Shown in pieces: positions 1-11,582 of a stretch of DNA of 64,000 nucleotides. The first letter of the stretch is position 1. Every line of letters starts with the position of its first letter. A program made the translations under genes and the position numbers. The notes beneath the pieces are model-generated. The model searched no databases, had not been told where the DNA came from, and saw nothing but the letters and a program-made list of their open reading frames with translations. This DNA is from Syntrophales bacterium (GTDB taxonomy: Bacteria > Desulfobacterota > Syntrophia > Syntrophales > UBA2210): NCBI GenBank assembly GCA_963666365.2, contig CAXXNF010000002.1, positions 2,144,001 through 2,208,000 on the forward strand, given 5' to 3'.

Positions 1-2367
1 ATCAACGGTCATATCCAACACATCGGCAATGCTTTTTCCCTTGTACCGCACCTCCAGAGTGTCCCGGTTGAATCTTCGTCCTCCGCAGACATCGCAGGTC
101 ACATACACGTCAGGAAGAAAATGCATCTCGATCCGTTTCAACCCGTCGCCCTGACAGGATTCACAGCGCCCTCCTTTGACATTGAAGCTGAACCTCCCCG
201 GCCTGTAGCCCCGCATCTTCGCCTCGGGAAGGCGGCTGAAAAGGTCGCGGATGTGGGTAAACACACCCGTATAGGTTGCAGGATTCGACCGGGGTGTGCG
301 CCCGATCGGCTGCTGATCCATGACAATAGCCCGCTCGATGCCGCCGAAATCCCTGATGCGGCGTATTTTCCCCGTTCTGCCCCTGTAGCGGTTCAAACGC
401 CTTCTGAGCGCCTTGTAAAGCGTTTCGATTACCATGGTGCTCTTCCCCGACCCCGACACACCGGTCACACAGGTAAAAAGCCCGCAGGGAATGCGTATTT
501 CAACATCTTTTAAATTATTTTCCGAGGCGCCTTCAATGACCACATACCGATCCGAGAGGGAACGCCTTCGTTCGGGCGGGGGAATCGACAGAGCCCCCGA
601 AAGGTATCTTCCGGTGAGCGATGCTTCGGACTTTCGCACCTGTGAGGGAGTCCCGTGAACGACCACCTTGCCGCCCTCTTCACCTGCCCCTGGACCCATG
701 TCGATAATGTAGTCGGAGGCATTCATCACGGCAGCATCATGTTCAACCACGAGCACCGTGTTTCCCATATCTCTCAACCGCAGCAGGGTTGATATGAGGC
801 GGGCGCTGTCCCGCGGGTGAAGCCCGATGGTAGGTTCATCAAGCACATACAGCACGCCTACCAGCCCTGAACCGATCTGAGTGGCCAGTCTGATTCGTTG
901 CCATTCACCTCCTGAAAGCGTGCCCGATGAACGGCTGAGGCTCAAATAATTCATCCCCACATCGAGAAGGAACTGAAGCCGCGCCTTTATCTCTTTTTGA
1001 ATCCTCCCGGATATAACCATTTCCTGTTCAGACAGTACAAGCCCTTCGAAAAACTCCATACACCTGCCGATAGACATGCGGCACACGTCATGAATATTCT
1101 TTCCCGCCACCGTTACCGAAAGGCTCTCCCGCCGCAGACGCGCCCCTTCGCAAAGGGGGCAATCGGTAATGTTCATATAACGGGCAAGTTCCATCCTCAC
1201 CTCGTGCGACTCTGCCTCACGGTAGCGCCGATCGAGGTTGGGCATCACGCCTTCAAAGATCCTGCGGTAGAAATGACGCCGTCCCCTTCTGTCAAACCAG
1301 AACTCGATTTCCTCATCGCCGGACCCGTACAGCAATACTTTGCGAATCCGATCGGGCAACTGGTTGAAAGGCGTATTCACGTCGAAACCGTAGTGTGCCG
1401 AAAGCGACTCCAGCATCTGATAAAAATAGAGTGAGTTCCTCTTCTCCCAGGGAGCGATGGCCCCCTCTCTAATGGAAAGTCCGGGATCGGGTACGATCAT
1501 ATTTTCATCAAAATATATCTTCGTACCCAACCCCCCGCAGTCGGGGCAGGCCCCGTAGGGACTATTGAAAGAAAACGTGCGCGGCGCCACTTCAGCAATG
1601 CTTATGCCGCAGTGGGGACAGGCATAGTGTTCACTGAAGATCATTTCATCGGCGTTATCAACAATCACTTTGATAAGCCCCTCGGAAAGACCGAGACCGG
1701 TTTCAAGGGAATCGGTGAGTCTCCCGCGAAGCCCCTCCTTGACGATGAGGCGATCGACCACTACATCTATGTCATGGCGCTTGTTCTTGTCGAGAGAGAT
1801 CTCCTCCGCCAGATCCCTGAGTTCTCCATCTATGGACACTCTGGCAAAGCCCCCCTTGCGAAGTCCCGCCAACTCCCGCTGGAACTCCCCCTTCTTCCCC
1901 TTGGCAACAGGCGCTAGTATCTGGATTCGGGTCATTTCGGGGAGTGCCAGGATTTGCCCTGCCATCATGTCCACTGTCTGCGAACGAATCTCACGACCGC
2001 ATTTGTAGCAGTGAGGCACACCGATTCTGGCAAAGAGAAGACGAAGGTAGTCGTATATCTCCGTTACCGTGCCGACCGTCGAGCGGGGATTGTGACTGGC
2101 AGCCCGCTGCTCGATGGCAATTGCGGGAGAAAGCCCCTCTATAGATTCCACCTCAGGTTTGTCCATCTGACCGATGAACTGACGGGCGTAAGTAGAAAGG
2201 GATTCCACATACCGGCGCTGCCCCTCGGCATAGACGGTATCGAAGGCAAGGGAAGATTTTCCCGAACCGCTCACCCCGGTAATAACCACTATTTTATCTC
2301 TGGGAATATTGACGTGTACATTCTTAAGATTGTGCTGGCAGGCGCCGCGGATTTTGATATATTTCAT
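1..2367 (-). CDS. uvrA: Excinuclease ABC subunit A (3' part runs off the window)
   Basis: Minus strand from ATG 2367 reads [64 protein letters not shown]; later [37 protein letters not shown]. Absent from the ORF track because no stop lies in the window. Confidence 0.97.
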   Translation of the reverse strand, partial: MKYIKIRGACQHNLKNVHVNIPRDKIVVITGVSGSGKSSLAFDTVYAEGQRRYVESLSTYARQFIGQMDKPEVESIEGLSPAIAIEQRAASHNPRSTVGTVTEIYDYLRLLFARIGVPHCYKCGREIRSQTVDMMAGQILALPEMTRIQILAPVAKGKKGEFQRELAGLRKGGFARVSIDGELRDLAEEISLDKNKRHDIDVVVDRLIVKEGLRGRLTDSLETGLGLSEGLIKVIVDNADEMIFSEHYACPHCGISIAEVAPRTFSFNSPYGACPDCGGLGTKIYFDENMIVPDPGLSIREGAIAPWEKRNSLYFYQMLESLSAHYGFDVNTPFNQLPDRIRKVLLYGSGDEEIEFWFDRRGRRHFYRRIFEGVMPNLDRRYREAESHEVRMELARYMNITDCPLCEGARLRRESLSVTVAGKNIHDVCRMSIGRCMEFFEGLVLSEQEMVISGRIQKEIKARLQFLLDVGMNYLSLSRSSGTLSGGEWQRIRLATQIGSGLVGVLYVLDEPTIGLHPRDSARLISTLLRLRDMGNTVLVVEHDAAVMNASDYIIDMGPGAGEEGGKVVVHGTPSQVRKSEASLTGRYLSGALSIPPPERRRSLSDRYVVIEGASENNLKDVEIRIPCGLFTCVTGVSGSGKSTMVIETLYKALRRRLNRYRGRTGKIRRIRDFGGIERAIVMDQQPIGRTPRSNPATYTGVFTHIRDLFSRLPEAKMRGYRPGRFSFNVKGGRCESCQGDGLKRIEMHFLPDVYVTCDVCGGRRFNRDTLEVRYKGKSIADVLDMTVD

Positions 2368-2425
2368 AATTACAGTCTGTCATGCGTAAAAATTTCCTTA
2401 CCTCAAAAACAGCCCTTTACGATTT

Positions 2426-3403
2426 TTACAGCCGTATGTCTATATGGGCCTTTTCCACCAACTCGTCGATCCACTCCATGAACTTCGCTTCCATGCGCTG
2501 GTTGCCGATCTCCGAAATGATCTCTTCACGCACTTCTTCAAGCGGTTTGGCGCCGATGCCTCTCTTGTCGGCTATTCTGAGAATGTGGAACCCCACCGGG
2601 GATTCCACGACATCGCTGACCTCGCCTTTTTCCAGCGAAAAGGCAACCTTTTCAACCTCGGGGACGATCATTCCCTTTTCTATAAACCCCAGATCCCCCC
2701 CTTCTTCAGAGGCGGGCCCCTGTGAATATTGGCGCGCCAAAAGATCAAACCGTTCTCCCGCCCTTATTTTTCCCAATACCATTTCGGCGCGCGACCTCAA
2801 TCTTACCTTGGTTGCCTCGTCGGCATCGCGGGGAATTACGACAAGAATCTGTGCGATTCTCACCGATTCTTTTCCCTCGTATTTCTCCCGGTGTTCTTTA
2901 TAATACCTGCCGATATCCTCGTCAGAAACGGCAATTTTTGACCGAATCTCTCTGCGCACAAGTTTCGCGCGCATTATTTCCCTGCGTATATCATCCCTAT
3001 ACTTCTCGTAGGACATATTTTCCTTCGCCAGGACGTCCAGCAGATCTTTTTTGGTCGCCTTTTTTTCCGCCAACCTGTCCTCGATAACTGCATCGATTTC
3101 CTTGTCGCCTACCGTAACACTCAGCCTTTTTGCTTCCTGTTCTATAAGGATGTCGCGGATCAATCTATCCAGCAGCGATTTCTTTGCTTGATCCCTTATC
3201 TTTTCATTCATTTTCGCACGGTCATCGGCCTTAATTCGCGCAAGAATGGGTTCATACACCTCGTTGAGTTCGGAAAGGGTTATCACGTCGTCATTGACGA
3301 CTGCCACTACTCTATCTTCGAAGGCATCCAACGGGCGCACAAAGGAGGCACACAAGAAAATCCCGGCAATCAGCATAGCCCATGTCCTTAACTTCATCGG
3401 CAT
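2426..3403 (-). CDS. SurA-like periplasmic chaperone/parvulin PPIase
   Basis: Signal peptide, DRVVAVVNDDVITLSEL N-domain, parvulin motifs GGDLGFI and SPVGFHIL; lies next to mfd. Confidence 0.9.
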   Translation of the reverse strand: MPMKLRTWAMLIAGIFLCASFVRPLDAFEDRVVAVVNDDVITLSELNEVYEPILARIKADDRAKMNEKIRDQAKKSLLDRLIRDILIEQEAKRLSVTVGDKEIDAVIEDRLAEKKATKKDLLDVLAKENMSYEKYRDDIRREIMRAKLVRREIRSKIAVSDEDIGRYYKEHREKYEGKESVRIAQILVVIPRDADEATKVRLRSRAEMVLGKIRAGERFDLLARQYSQGPASEEGGDLGFIEKGMIVPEVEKVAFSLEKGEVSDVVESPVGFHILRIADKRGIGAKPLEEVREEIISEIGNQRMEAKFMEWIDELVEKAHIDIRL

Positions 3404-3492
3404 CCCTCACGTTCGTTTATTAGGAGAAATGTGCACTTGTATCAGAATCCCGGCCATTATTCAATGCAAATTGGCGTCACTGAGGGCGCCTT

Positions 3493-6400
3493 CTATTGAC
3501 AATGGGTTTCGGTCAACAGACGAATCAATCCCCTCGCCTCTTCCACTCTTCCCTTTTCGCCAAGCTGCGGCCTTACCACTGTAAGCCGGTTATCCGCCGA
3601 AAAGTGCATTCCGGACCCCTTTCTATTGACGAGTTCCACTATCCGCAGAGGATCCACGGCAGTATCGGGAGAAAAGAGAATGGAAAAGCATTTGCCGTCA
3701 TATCTCAGCTCCCGGACTTTTATGTGCTTGAGCAGAAGCTTTATCCGGATAATATCGATCAGGGCATATACCTCTTCGGGAACGGGTCCATAGCGGTCGG
3801 CAAGTTCCTCCCCTATATCGTCAAGTTCTTCTTCGGAGGCTGCCATTGACAATTTTTTGTACATAATTAAACGATCATGGGTATCAACAATAAAATCATC
3901 CGGAATAAAGGCGGCAACACCCAGGTGAATTTCGGGCTGCCATGTCGCCTCAGTCGGCGTTTCGCCCCGCAGCTCTCGAATCGCCTGTTCCATCAATTCC
4001 ATGTACAGTTCATAGCCCACCGCCGATACGTGGCCCGATTGGGATACCCCCACGATGTTTCCGGCGCCCCTTATTTCAAGATCATAGGCGGCTACTTTGA
4101 ACCCCGAACCGGGTGCCGAGAACTCCCGGGCCACGCGCAGCCTTTTTCGGGCATCTTTCGTCAAAACGGCCCCCTTGGGTACCAGCAGATAGGCGAAGGC
4201 CTGTTCCCTGGCCCGACCCACCCGCCCGCGCAGCTGGTAGAGCTGGGAGAGTCCGAAGCGGTCGGCGCGATTGATCACAATCGTATTCGCCGTCGCTATA
4301 TCGACACCGGCGCCCACTATGGTCGTACAGACCAGCACATCGATCTCCTTTTTGAGGAACCCGACCATTATCTCTTCAAGCTCTTTCGGGGGCATCTGAC
4401 CATGGGCAACTCCCACCCGCGCCTCCGGCACGATTCGACGCACCGCATGGGCCATCCCCTCTATGGACTGCACCCGGTCATGGATAAAAAACACCTGTCC
4501 CCCCCGCGCGCGTTCCAGTTCAAGGGCATCCCGAATGAGATCCTCATCGAATTCAGCCACATACACCTTGACTTCCTGCCGATCCTCCGGGGGAGTGTCT
4601 ATTACCGAAAGATCCCGCAAGCCGGCCAGTGAAAGCTGCATCGTCCTTGGAATCGGCGTGGCGGTGAGCGTTAATACGTCAACAAGGGTCCTGAGCTTCT
4701 TCAGCTTTTCTTTGTGGGCAACACCGAAACGCTGCTCCTCATCGACTATCACAAGCCCCAGATCCTTGAAGACCAGGTCCTTCTGAAGAATCCGGTGGGT
4801 CCCGATTACCACGTCAACCAGCCCCTTGTTCACATCGGCAATGATCCTGTTCTGTTCTTTCTTCGTCTTGAAACGGTTGAGCACCTCCACCCGAAAGGGG
4901 TAGTCGGCAAAACGCCGTGCGAAGGTTCGATAGTGCTGCTCTGCAAGAATCGTCGTCGGAACCAGAACGGCCACCTGTTTTCCATCCATGGCAGCCCTGA
5001 ATGACGCCCTCAGGGCGACCTCCGTTTTGCCGAATCCGGCATCGCCGCAGATAAGACGGTCCATGGGCTTGACATCGTCCATGTCCTCGTTCACTTCTTC
5101 AATCGCCCTGGCCTGATCGGGCGTTTCCTCATATTCGAAGGATGAGCAAAATTCATCGTAATATCGACTGCTTCTGGCGTAGCTGTGTCCTTCCATCACC
5201 TCACGGGCGGCGTAGAGGGCAACCAGTTCCTCGGCAATCCTGCGAACCGATTCCCTGGCACGCTTTTTTACGGCATCCCAGGAGGTTCCTCCCAAGCGGT
5301 CAATCCCGGGTTGTTGTCCGTCGGGACCGATATACCGCTGGATCTGGTCGAGCCGATCCACCGGGATATACAATCTGTCGCCCCCGAGATATTCGATAAG
5401 GAGAAAATCGTTCTCGATTGCACCCACAGAAAGCCGGTTCAGCCCGCGATACAGACCGACGCCATGATCCACGTGAACAATGTAATCCCCCTCTTTCAGT
5501 TCACCGAAGGATTTTAAGAAATACCCCTCCCGCGCCCTGCCCTTCCTCCTGCGCTTGATTTTCTGTCCGAATACATCATTCTGAGATATCAGAACGAGTT
5601 TCAAATCACGATACTCAAATCCCTCCGACAGGGCGCCGGCCTTTACAAGCAGGCGCCCCGATCCACCCTGTTGCGCCAAATCGGTAAAAAGCGGAAGCGA
5701 GGATTTTTCCACGGGAAGGGAGTAGCCCTGAAAAAGGTGCATAATCCTGGGCCCCTCTTCTTCCCCGCATACAAATGCAACCAGCGTCCCGTCCCTGAGC
5801 CATTCTCTTACCCGTTCCACGAAGGGCGCCAGAAGGCCCTGGTCCGGTTCGGGAATATGCATATTTCTTTTCAATCCGGCCGTGGATTCAACGGAAAAGG
5901 CAAAGGAATGCGTTGTTTCGCGGTCATGCATTGTATGGAGAAAGAGACGCTGAAGATCCTTGTGCTCCGAGAAAAGCGCATCGATCGTAGTAAAATGGGA
6001 ATCCCCATCGAGATAAAACCGTTCCTCCGCCCGCGCCTTTTCGAAGAACCGTTCTATACGACCGTAGACCTCCATCTCGCCGTCATGTATGCCCTGGTCG
6101 TCGAACAGGGCGACAATGCTCTTTTTCGGGAGGTAATCAAAAAGCGTATCGAGCTTTCGGCAGGCGGTGTTACCGCCCTCTTCAGATATGATGTCATAAT
6201 AGAGGGGAAGAAGCTGAATGCCCGCAGACGAGAAAATGTCGCCCTGTTCCATAAGATCGGCCAGGTAATCCCGACGTTGGCGTGAAACGTCCAGTGCGTG
6301 AGATCTGATCCGAAGATTCTTCAGGGCCCGTTCTTTTGTTTCATTTGTGACCACAATCTCGGAGGCGGGGGCAATCACAAAAGATTCGACGGTCCCCCGG

Positions 6401-7056
6401 GATCGTTGCGACTCGGGATCGAATGTCCTGATCGAATCTATGTCGTCGCCGTAAAACTCCAGTCTCAGGGGAAGCGGGCTCGTCACCGGAAATATGTCCA
6501 TGATATAGCCCCGCTGGCTGAACTCCCCCGTCTCCTCCACCAGTGAAACCCTCTGGTACCCTCCATGGAGAAGCTTGTTCGCCAGTCCTTCGCGGGAGTA
6601 AGTATCGCCCGCGGCAATTATTTCAAGGTATTCTCCCAGCACCGCGAGAGGCATTACACGCTGTATAAGCGCTCCCACCGGGGCCACCACCACGGAGGGG
6701 CGACCGGCATAGAGGCGCGACAGAACCGCGATACGCGCCCTCATCGTCTCCTGTTGAAACGAAAGAATATCGTCGGAGGTAAGCAGTCTGAGATCCCAGG
6801 CGGGGTGCAAAAGGACATCTTCAGGATCGAGGAAAAACTGCAGGTCCTGATAGACCTGCGCCGCCTTTTTCTGCGATTCCGCGACCACCACTACCGATTT
6901 GCCGACCCTCCTGAAGAGAAGTGCACAGAGAAAGGCGCTTGAGGCCCCTTGAAGGCCCCGGAGAGAAAGATCCTGCTCGCCCTGAAGTGCGGCATCTATG
7001 AACGAGTTGAGAACGGGATCGGACGCAAGATGTCTTCTTTCTACTTTTTTTCTCAT
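3493..7056 (-). CDS. mfd: Transcription-repair coupling factor
   Basis: 1187 aa; RID (GDYIVHVDHGVGLY), GDAGFGKTEVA, DEEQRFG, TATPIPRT, QLRGRVGR, DLEIRGAGN. Confidence 0.98.
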   Translation of the reverse strand: MRKKVERRHLASDPVLNSFIDAALQGEQDLSLRGLQGASSAFLCALLFRRVGKSVVVVAESQKKAAQVYQDLQFFLDPEDVLLHPAWDLRLLTSDDILSFQQETMRARIAVLSRLYAGRPSVVVAPVGALIQRVMPLAVLGEYLEIIAAGDTYSREGLANKLLHGGYQRVSLVEETGEFSQRGYIMDIFPVTSPLPLRLEFYGDDIDSIRTFDPESQRSRGTVESFVIAPASEIVVTNETKERALKNLRIRSHALDVSRQRRDYLADLMEQGDIFSSAGIQLLPLYYDIISEEGGNTACRKLDTLFDYLPKKSIVALFDDQGIHDGEMEVYGRIERFFEKARAEERFYLDGDSHFTTIDALFSEHKDLQRLFLHTMHDRETTHSFAFSVESTAGLKRNMHIPEPDQGLLAPFVERVREWLRDGTLVAFVCGEEEGPRIMHLFQGYSLPVEKSSLPLFTDLAQQGGSGRLLVKAGALSEGFEYRDLKLVLISQNDVFGQKIKRRRKGRAREGYFLKSFGELKEGDYIVHVDHGVGLYRGLNRLSVGAIENDFLLIEYLGGDRLYIPVDRLDQIQRYIGPDGQQPGIDRLGGTSWDAVKKRARESVRRIAEELVALYAAREVMEGHSYARSSRYYDEFCSSFEYEETPDQARAIEEVNEDMDDVKPMDRLICGDAGFGKTEVALRASFRAAMDGKQVAVLVPTTILAEQHYRTFARRFADYPFRVEVLNRFKTKKEQNRIIADVNKGLVDVVIGTHRILQKDLVFKDLGLVIVDEEQRFGVAHKEKLKKLRTLVDVLTLTATPIPRTMQLSLAGLRDLSVIDTPPEDRQEVKVYVAEFDEDLIRDALELERARGGQVFFIHDRVQSIEGMAHAVRRIVPEARVGVAHGQMPPKELEEIMVGFLKKEIDVLVCTTIVGAGVDIATANTIVINRADRFGLSQLYQLRGRVGRAREQAFAYLLVPKGAVLTKDARKRLRVAREFSAPGSGFKVAAYDLEIRGAGNIVGVSQSGHVSAVGYELYMELMEQAIRELRGETPTEATWQPEIHLGVAAFIPDDFIVDTHDRLIMYKKLSMAASEEELDDIGEELADRYGPVPEEVYALIDIIRIKLLLKHIKVRELRYDGKCFSILFSPDTAVDPLRIVELVNRKGSGMHFSADNRLTVVRPQLGEKGRVEEARGLIRLLTETHCQ

Positions 7057-7076
7057 GAGAAAAAAATCTTCGACAT

Positions 7077-7985
7077 CTAGGAAATCGACAGCATACGCTC
7101 CAGCGCCCGGTAGGCGGGAACTCGGATTTCCTCGGGAACTGTCACTGCGTGCTTCATCTCCCGGAGAGAATCACGGATGTCTTCAAGCCTGATCTTTTTC
7201 ATGTCATTACAGATCAGATGATCCGATGCGGGGATGAAGGTCTTTTCGGGATTGCGCTTTTTCAGCTGATGCATGATGCCCATTTCGGTTCCCACAATGA
7301 TTTCCCGGACATCTGCTGTACCGGCAAACTCTATGATACCGGCGGTGCTTCCCACAAAATCGGCCCTGTCGATCACCGCCTTGGCACATTCCGGATGGAC
7401 CGCCAGGAGGGCCTTCGGGAAGCGTCCCTTTACCTGCTCGATATCGGCGACGGAAAGCTGATTGTGGACATAACAGAACCCCTTCCAGGGAATGATCTTC
7501 TTGGAAGTAAAGCGGGCCGTGTAGCGGGCCAGGTTCCCATCGGGGACCATCAGAATTTCTTCCGCATCGACGGCATTGACTACCTTGACGGCATTGCCCG
7601 ACGTACAGCAGATATCGCTTTCCGCCTTCGTCTCGGCCGACGAATTTACATAGGTCACCACCACGGCGTCGGGATGTTCCTCTTTCGCCCTTTTGAGCTC
7701 CTCCAGGGTAATTTTGTCTGCCAGGGGGCATCCCGCATCGAGCACGGGCAACAGCACCGTTTTGTCCGGCGATAGAATGGCAGCGCTTTCCGCCATAAAT
7801 TGCACCCCGGCAAAAACGATCACCTCGGCATCGGTTTTGGCGGCCTCTATACTGAGGGCAAGGGAATCACCCAGAATGTCTGCGACATCCTGAATCTCGT
7901 CCCTCTGATAATAGTGAGCGAGAAGTACGGCGTTTTTTTCCCTCAACAATTCCTTAATTTCAGTCTGCATATCTGGTATATTCAT
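7077..7985 (-). CDS. nadA: Quinolinate synthase
   Basis: LAHYYQ, GDSLAL, GCPLAD, YVNSSA, HPEC and CNDMKK motifs; start at MNIPDM preferred over the longer ORF call. Confidence 0.96.
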   Translation of the reverse strand: MNIPDMQTEIKELLREKNAVLLAHYYQRDEIQDVADILGDSLALSIEAAKTDAEVIVFAGVQFMAESAAILSPDKTVLLPVLDAGCPLADKITLEELKRAKEEHPDAVVVTYVNSSAETKAESDICCTSGNAVKVVNAVDAEEILMVPDGNLARYTARFTSKKIIPWKGFCYVHNQLSVADIEQVKGRFPKALLAVHPECAKAVIDRADFVGSTAGIIEFAGTADVREIIVGTEMGIMHQLKKRNPEKTFIPASDHLICNDMKKIRLEDIRDSLREMKHAVTVPEEIRVPAYRALERMLSIS

Positions 7986-8090
7986 CAGCACTCTCTCTAT
8001 AAAAACCGGGGTCTCTTTTTGAAGCGCCCGGCGCCTCAATGCAGGGGCTATCCGTTTTTCTGAGCATCCCCGATTCTCGCTGGCTTAAAA

Positions 8091-8180
8091 TTGATGGTTT
8101 CGTAAAACGTCACATTCCCCTCCCCTGGTGGGAGGGGATGAAGGGGAGGGGGATTTTCAGACTTTTTACAAACCCATAAA
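8091..8180. repeat. Palindromic REP/MITE-like intergenic element
   Basis: Imperfect outer inverted repeat (TTGATGGTTTCGTAAAA ... TTTTACAAACCCATAAA) around a CCCCTCCC-CTGGT-GGGAGGGG hairpin. Confidence 0.55.
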
Positions 8181-8329
8181 AATTACGTGTGAAACAGCGT
8201 GCCTATTTAATCAATAACCATATATAAAAAGAGTTGTTTATAACAGCCCGCTCATTTATTCAAGTGTAAAATATTGACAACATTATTGCTTTGATATATG
8301 GGATCATTCAATTCACCCTGTGAGGCACT

Positions 8330-9577
8330 ATGAAAACCGTAGAAGAAACCCTGCGACATATTCTCGATTCCGTGGTCCCGCTGGGATTGGAAAAAACAGC
8401 CATTCTCCAGACTCTCGGCCGCATTATCGGCGAGGACATCTATTCGCAGCGCGCCATCCCCCCCCGGGACAATTCCGCCATGGACGGCTATGCCCTGAGG
8501 GCCGATGACATCGCCGGCGCCACCCGCGACTGCCCGGCAGTAATTCACACCGTCGAGCACATTCCCGCAGGCTATGCCCCACAGAAGGCGCTCGCCCCCG
8601 GCCAGGCGTCACGGATCATGACGGGGGCCCCCATCCCTGACGGCGCCGACGCAGTGGTCAAGATAGAAGATGTGGAAGTTGACGGAGACCTGGTAAAAAT
8701 CTTTGCACCATCAGCCGTCGGCGATCACATAAGGCGCCGGGGAGAAGACGTCGACGAAGGGGAACTGATTATCTCTCGTGGAACCGTCATAGGCCCCGCC
8801 CACATCGGCATGCTCGCCTCAACGGGAAATGCGGTCGTAGCCGTATATCAGAAGCCGCTGATCGCCGTCATCGCCACGGGAGACGAGCTGATCGACATAG
8901 ACGGCGATGCGACATCGGGCAAGATCGTCAGCAGCAACAGTTATTCACTCTACGGACAGATCCTTCAGTGCGGCGGCATACCCATGCAACTGGGTATTGC
9001 AAGAGACACAAAGGAAGCGCTTCTTGAAAAGTTCAATGCGGCGCGGCGAGCCGACATCATCATCTCCTCGGGAGGGGTGTCGGTCGGGGATTATGATTAT
9101 GTAAAAGACGTAATGACGGAAATCGGCGTCCGGCTGGAAATAGAGAATGTCGCCCAGCGGCCGGGAAAACCCTTTACCTTCGGGACACTCGGCGCCGTTC
9201 CCGTCTTCGGTCTTCCCGGCAACCCCGTATCGGCCATGCTTTCATTCGAACAGTATGTACGCCCCATCATTCGTAAAATGACGGGGCATCAACATCTTTT
9301 CCGCAAAACAGTCAGGGCGGTCCTTGAAGAGGATATAGAGAAAAAAGCAGACCTTACCTACTTTATCAGGGGACGGGTCGTCAACCGGGACGGCCGCTTC
9401 ACCGTGGCGACCACAGGTGATCAGGGCTCGGGCATCCTTAAATCCATGGTCCTGGCAAACGGCATCATCGTGCTGCCCCGCGGCGTCAAAAAAGTGAAAA
9501 AGGGGGAAAAGGTAACCGTCCAGCTCATGGACGACTCGCTCCTTTCAACACTGAAACCGGAATACATCCCCTTCTGA
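8330..9577 (+). CDS. moeA: Molybdopterin molybdotransferase
   Basis: NSAMDGYA, RIMTGAP, TGDEL, SGGVSVGDYD, PGKP, GLPGNPVS. Confidence 0.96.
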   Translation: MKTVEETLRHILDSVVPLGLEKTAILQTLGRIIGEDIYSQRAIPPRDNSAMDGYALRADDIAGATRDCPAVIHTVEHIPAGYAPQKALAPGQASRIMTGAPIPDGADAVVKIEDVEVDGDLVKIFAPSAVGDHIRRRGEDVDEGELIISRGTVIGPAHIGMLASTGNAVVAVYQKPLIAVIATGDELIDIDGDATSGKIVSSNSYSLYGQILQCGGIPMQLGIARDTKEALLEKFNAARRADIIISSGGVSVGDYDYVKDVMTEIGVRLEIENVAQRPGKPFTFGTLGAVPVFGLPGNPVSAMLSFEQYVRPIIRKMTGHQHLFRKTVRAVLEEDIEKKADLTYFIRGRVVNRDGRFTVATTGDQGSGILKSMVLANGIIVLPRGVKKVKKGEKVTVQLMDDSLLSTLKPEYIPF

Positions 9578-9643
9578 TATCGGCACAACGGCGCAACATC
9601 CTTATTGACAGGGTCGAAGATTTTCTGTATTGATCCGCTATGC

Positions 9644-9741
9644 GGAAGTGCCAAGGTCACTGGTGGGCCTCCCGGACTTCAAATCCGGTGTGGGGGGCTA
9701 GTACCCTCCCAGGTGGGTTCGATTCCCATGCACTTCCGCCA
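9644..9741 (+). tRNA. selC: tRNA-Sec (UCA)
   Basis: GGAAGTG...CACTTCC acceptor stem ending GCCA; anticodon arm CCGGA-CTTCAAA-TCCGG; long variable arm; GGTTCGATTCC T-loop; TTGACA at 9605. Confidence 0.96.
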
Positions 9742-9806
9742 ATCATTTCAATATGTTAGCGTTCAGCTCCTTTTTAATGTCCACACCGGATTTATCCATT
9801 AGCACA

Positions 9807-10877
9807 TTATTGTGATAAAATTGTGATAGATTTTTGCGCTTCCTGCAAAACCGATTGTCGCTCCCTTGAAGCTTCATCGACTTTTTTTGCTGCAGAACGG
9901 AGATCCTCCTCGTTTATAATGTTGTATCGGTCAAATACACTCCTTGTCTTGTGACCGCTGATCTTCATTGCAACAACATCGGGAACTCCTGCTCTCGTCA
10001 TGTTTCGGACAGCTGTCCTTCGATTGTCATGCAAAAATCTCCCCACCAGCCCGGTCTTTTTACAGGCAGTATTCCAAGCTGCCTGGTAATTTCGAATCTG
10101 CTGCCCATCCCTAAAGAAGACGTAGGGACATTCCGGGTACTTTGTCTCCCTTATCTTCCACTGCAATAGAATCGTATCATAGAGTTCTCCTGTAAGAAAA
10201 ATCTCCCGACTTTCGCCATTTTTCGTCAACTCTGGAGGTAGCGTGATTTTTTCTTCAAACAGGTTGGTATGACACCATCGCAGATTAAGGATTTCCGATT
10301 TTCGCATCCCGGTAAAGTAGGCAATGGTCAAAACCGGTTTCATGTGAGCGGGTAAAGCATTTCGTAAACGAACGTACTCATCGTACTCAAAAAACCCTTG
10401 CCTGGGTTTGCTCTCCTTTAATTTCGGGATAAAAGGGGGATTCAGTACCCTGGGAGGACTTTGTCTCATCCCCAGCACAAAAATCCTGTTCAAGGCCGAG
10501 AGTTCCCTATTAATCGTCCCATTACTGGCCTTTTCTTCCTTTCTCAAAAGAATATAGTCATCTATAATACTTGATGTGATCTCAACAACTTTCATCCCGC
10601 CAAAGAAAGCTCCTAAGTGCTTAAGGCTTAATTCCGCACGATCCAGCGACCGCCTCTCGCGAATCTTATAATCTTTGATGAGTATATTGCTCAAGTCATC
10701 GAATGTTACCTTATCGAGATTCATATCGGGACGCTTTCCTTCCGCAATCTCGCCTTTCAATTTGTCAAAGATCCGCTGGGCCAGTTTTCGGTCTTCCGTC
10801 TCCGTTGACCGTCTGTACTGTTGCCCCTGATGAGTAAAACTCATCCACCAGACCGTTCCTCTCTTATAGAGCCCCAT
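9807..10877 (-). CDS. Tyrosine recombinase/phage-type integrase
   Basis: Likely start [14 protein letters not shown]; catalytic motifs [31 protein letters not shown]. Confidence 0.95.
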   Translation of the reverse strand: MGLYKRGTVWWMSFTHQGQQYRRSTETEDRKLAQRIFDKLKGEIAEGKRPDMNLDKVTFDDLSNILIKDYKIRERRSLDRAELSLKHLGAFFGGMKVVEITSSIIDDYILLRKEEKASNGTINRELSALNRIFVLGMRQSPPRVLNPPFIPKLKESKPRQGFFEYDEYVRLRNALPAHMKPVLTIAYFTGMRKSEILNLRWCHTNLFEEKITLPPELTKNGESREIFLTGELYDTILLQWKIRETKYPECPYVFFRDGQQIRNYQAAWNTACKKTGLVGRFLHDNRRTAVRNMTRAGVPDVVAMKISGHKTRSVFDRYNIINEEDLRSAAKKVDEASRERQSVLQEAQKSITILSQ

Positions 10878-11235
10878 CTCTGACCTCCTTTCCGAGGCCC
10901 TTGATCCGGTCTGATTTCCCGTGATCGTCATGGTAATACTTTCCCTTTTCCTCGTCAATGGTCTTGCGGATGACCTTATCGAAGTTCCCGCCATTCCTGC
11001 TGACGGGCCCTCTTCTTCTTTTCTGCACATGCGGGTCTTTCGTTTCTCCACGCCGGTGTTCTTCCAGCCAGTCATCGACCTCTTCCATCCTGAAGCGAAT
11101 AAGTCGCCCGATGCGGTAATGAGGTATGTCTCCCGCTTCAACCTTCGCATACAATGTTTTCACTTTAACCCCGAGATATGCCGAAAGCTCTGATATCGTT
11201 AGCAAACATTGGGGTTCCTTTACTTTTCCTTCCAT
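10864..11235 (-). CDS. Excisionase-like HTH protein
   Basis: [47 protein letters not shown]; overlaps the integrase start. Confidence 0.88.
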   Translation of the reverse strand: MEGKVKEPQCLLTISELSAYLGVKVKTLYAKVEAGDIPHYRIGRLIRFRMEEVDDWLEEHRRGETKDPHVQKRRRGPVSRNGGNFDKVIRKTIDEEKGKYYHDDHGKSDRIKGLGKEVRDGAL

Positions 11236-11544
11236 TTTCGATGTCTCCCATCCGGGATCGGATGGTAATTGCATCGATGGCCACCAAACTGTCCGGCGGT
11301 CTGTGTCATGGTAATTGTTTCAAAAAAATCTGATCCCTGCTGTTGTGTGTTAGTCCCATGGAAAGAGCCCCGCCAGGGCTCTCCCCTCCTACGTTATGCT
11401 TACCCTTTTGCGCACCTCCTTTTATGTCAGTACCATATATTTATACATAGAGGGACAGAATGTCAATAACATATTGTATATACTATAATATACATCATTA
11501 TAACATTATTCTACCGATATATTATTGTTAATGTTAAAATCATC

Positions 11545-11574
11545 TTGACAACCAGATAGATGAGTAAATATAAT
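11545..11574 (+). promoter_or_regulatory. Consensus sigma70 promoter, probably giving a leaderless or short-leader mRNA
   Basis: TTGACA-N18-TATAAT ending 8 nt before ATG 11583. Confidence 0.65.
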
Positions 11575-11582
11575 GCCCTATC

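Noticed and set aside
121..7893. Plus-strand ORFs over uvrA, the PPIase, mfd and nadA
   Set aside because: Antisense shadows of well-supported minus-strand genes.
9715..9741. attR duplicate of the selC 3' end
   Set aside because: No copy found by eye in the window; needs a computational search.
10878..11150. N-terminal extension of the integrase in the ORF track
   Set aside because: Overlaps the excisionase; the RBS and typical MGLYKRG start are at 10877.
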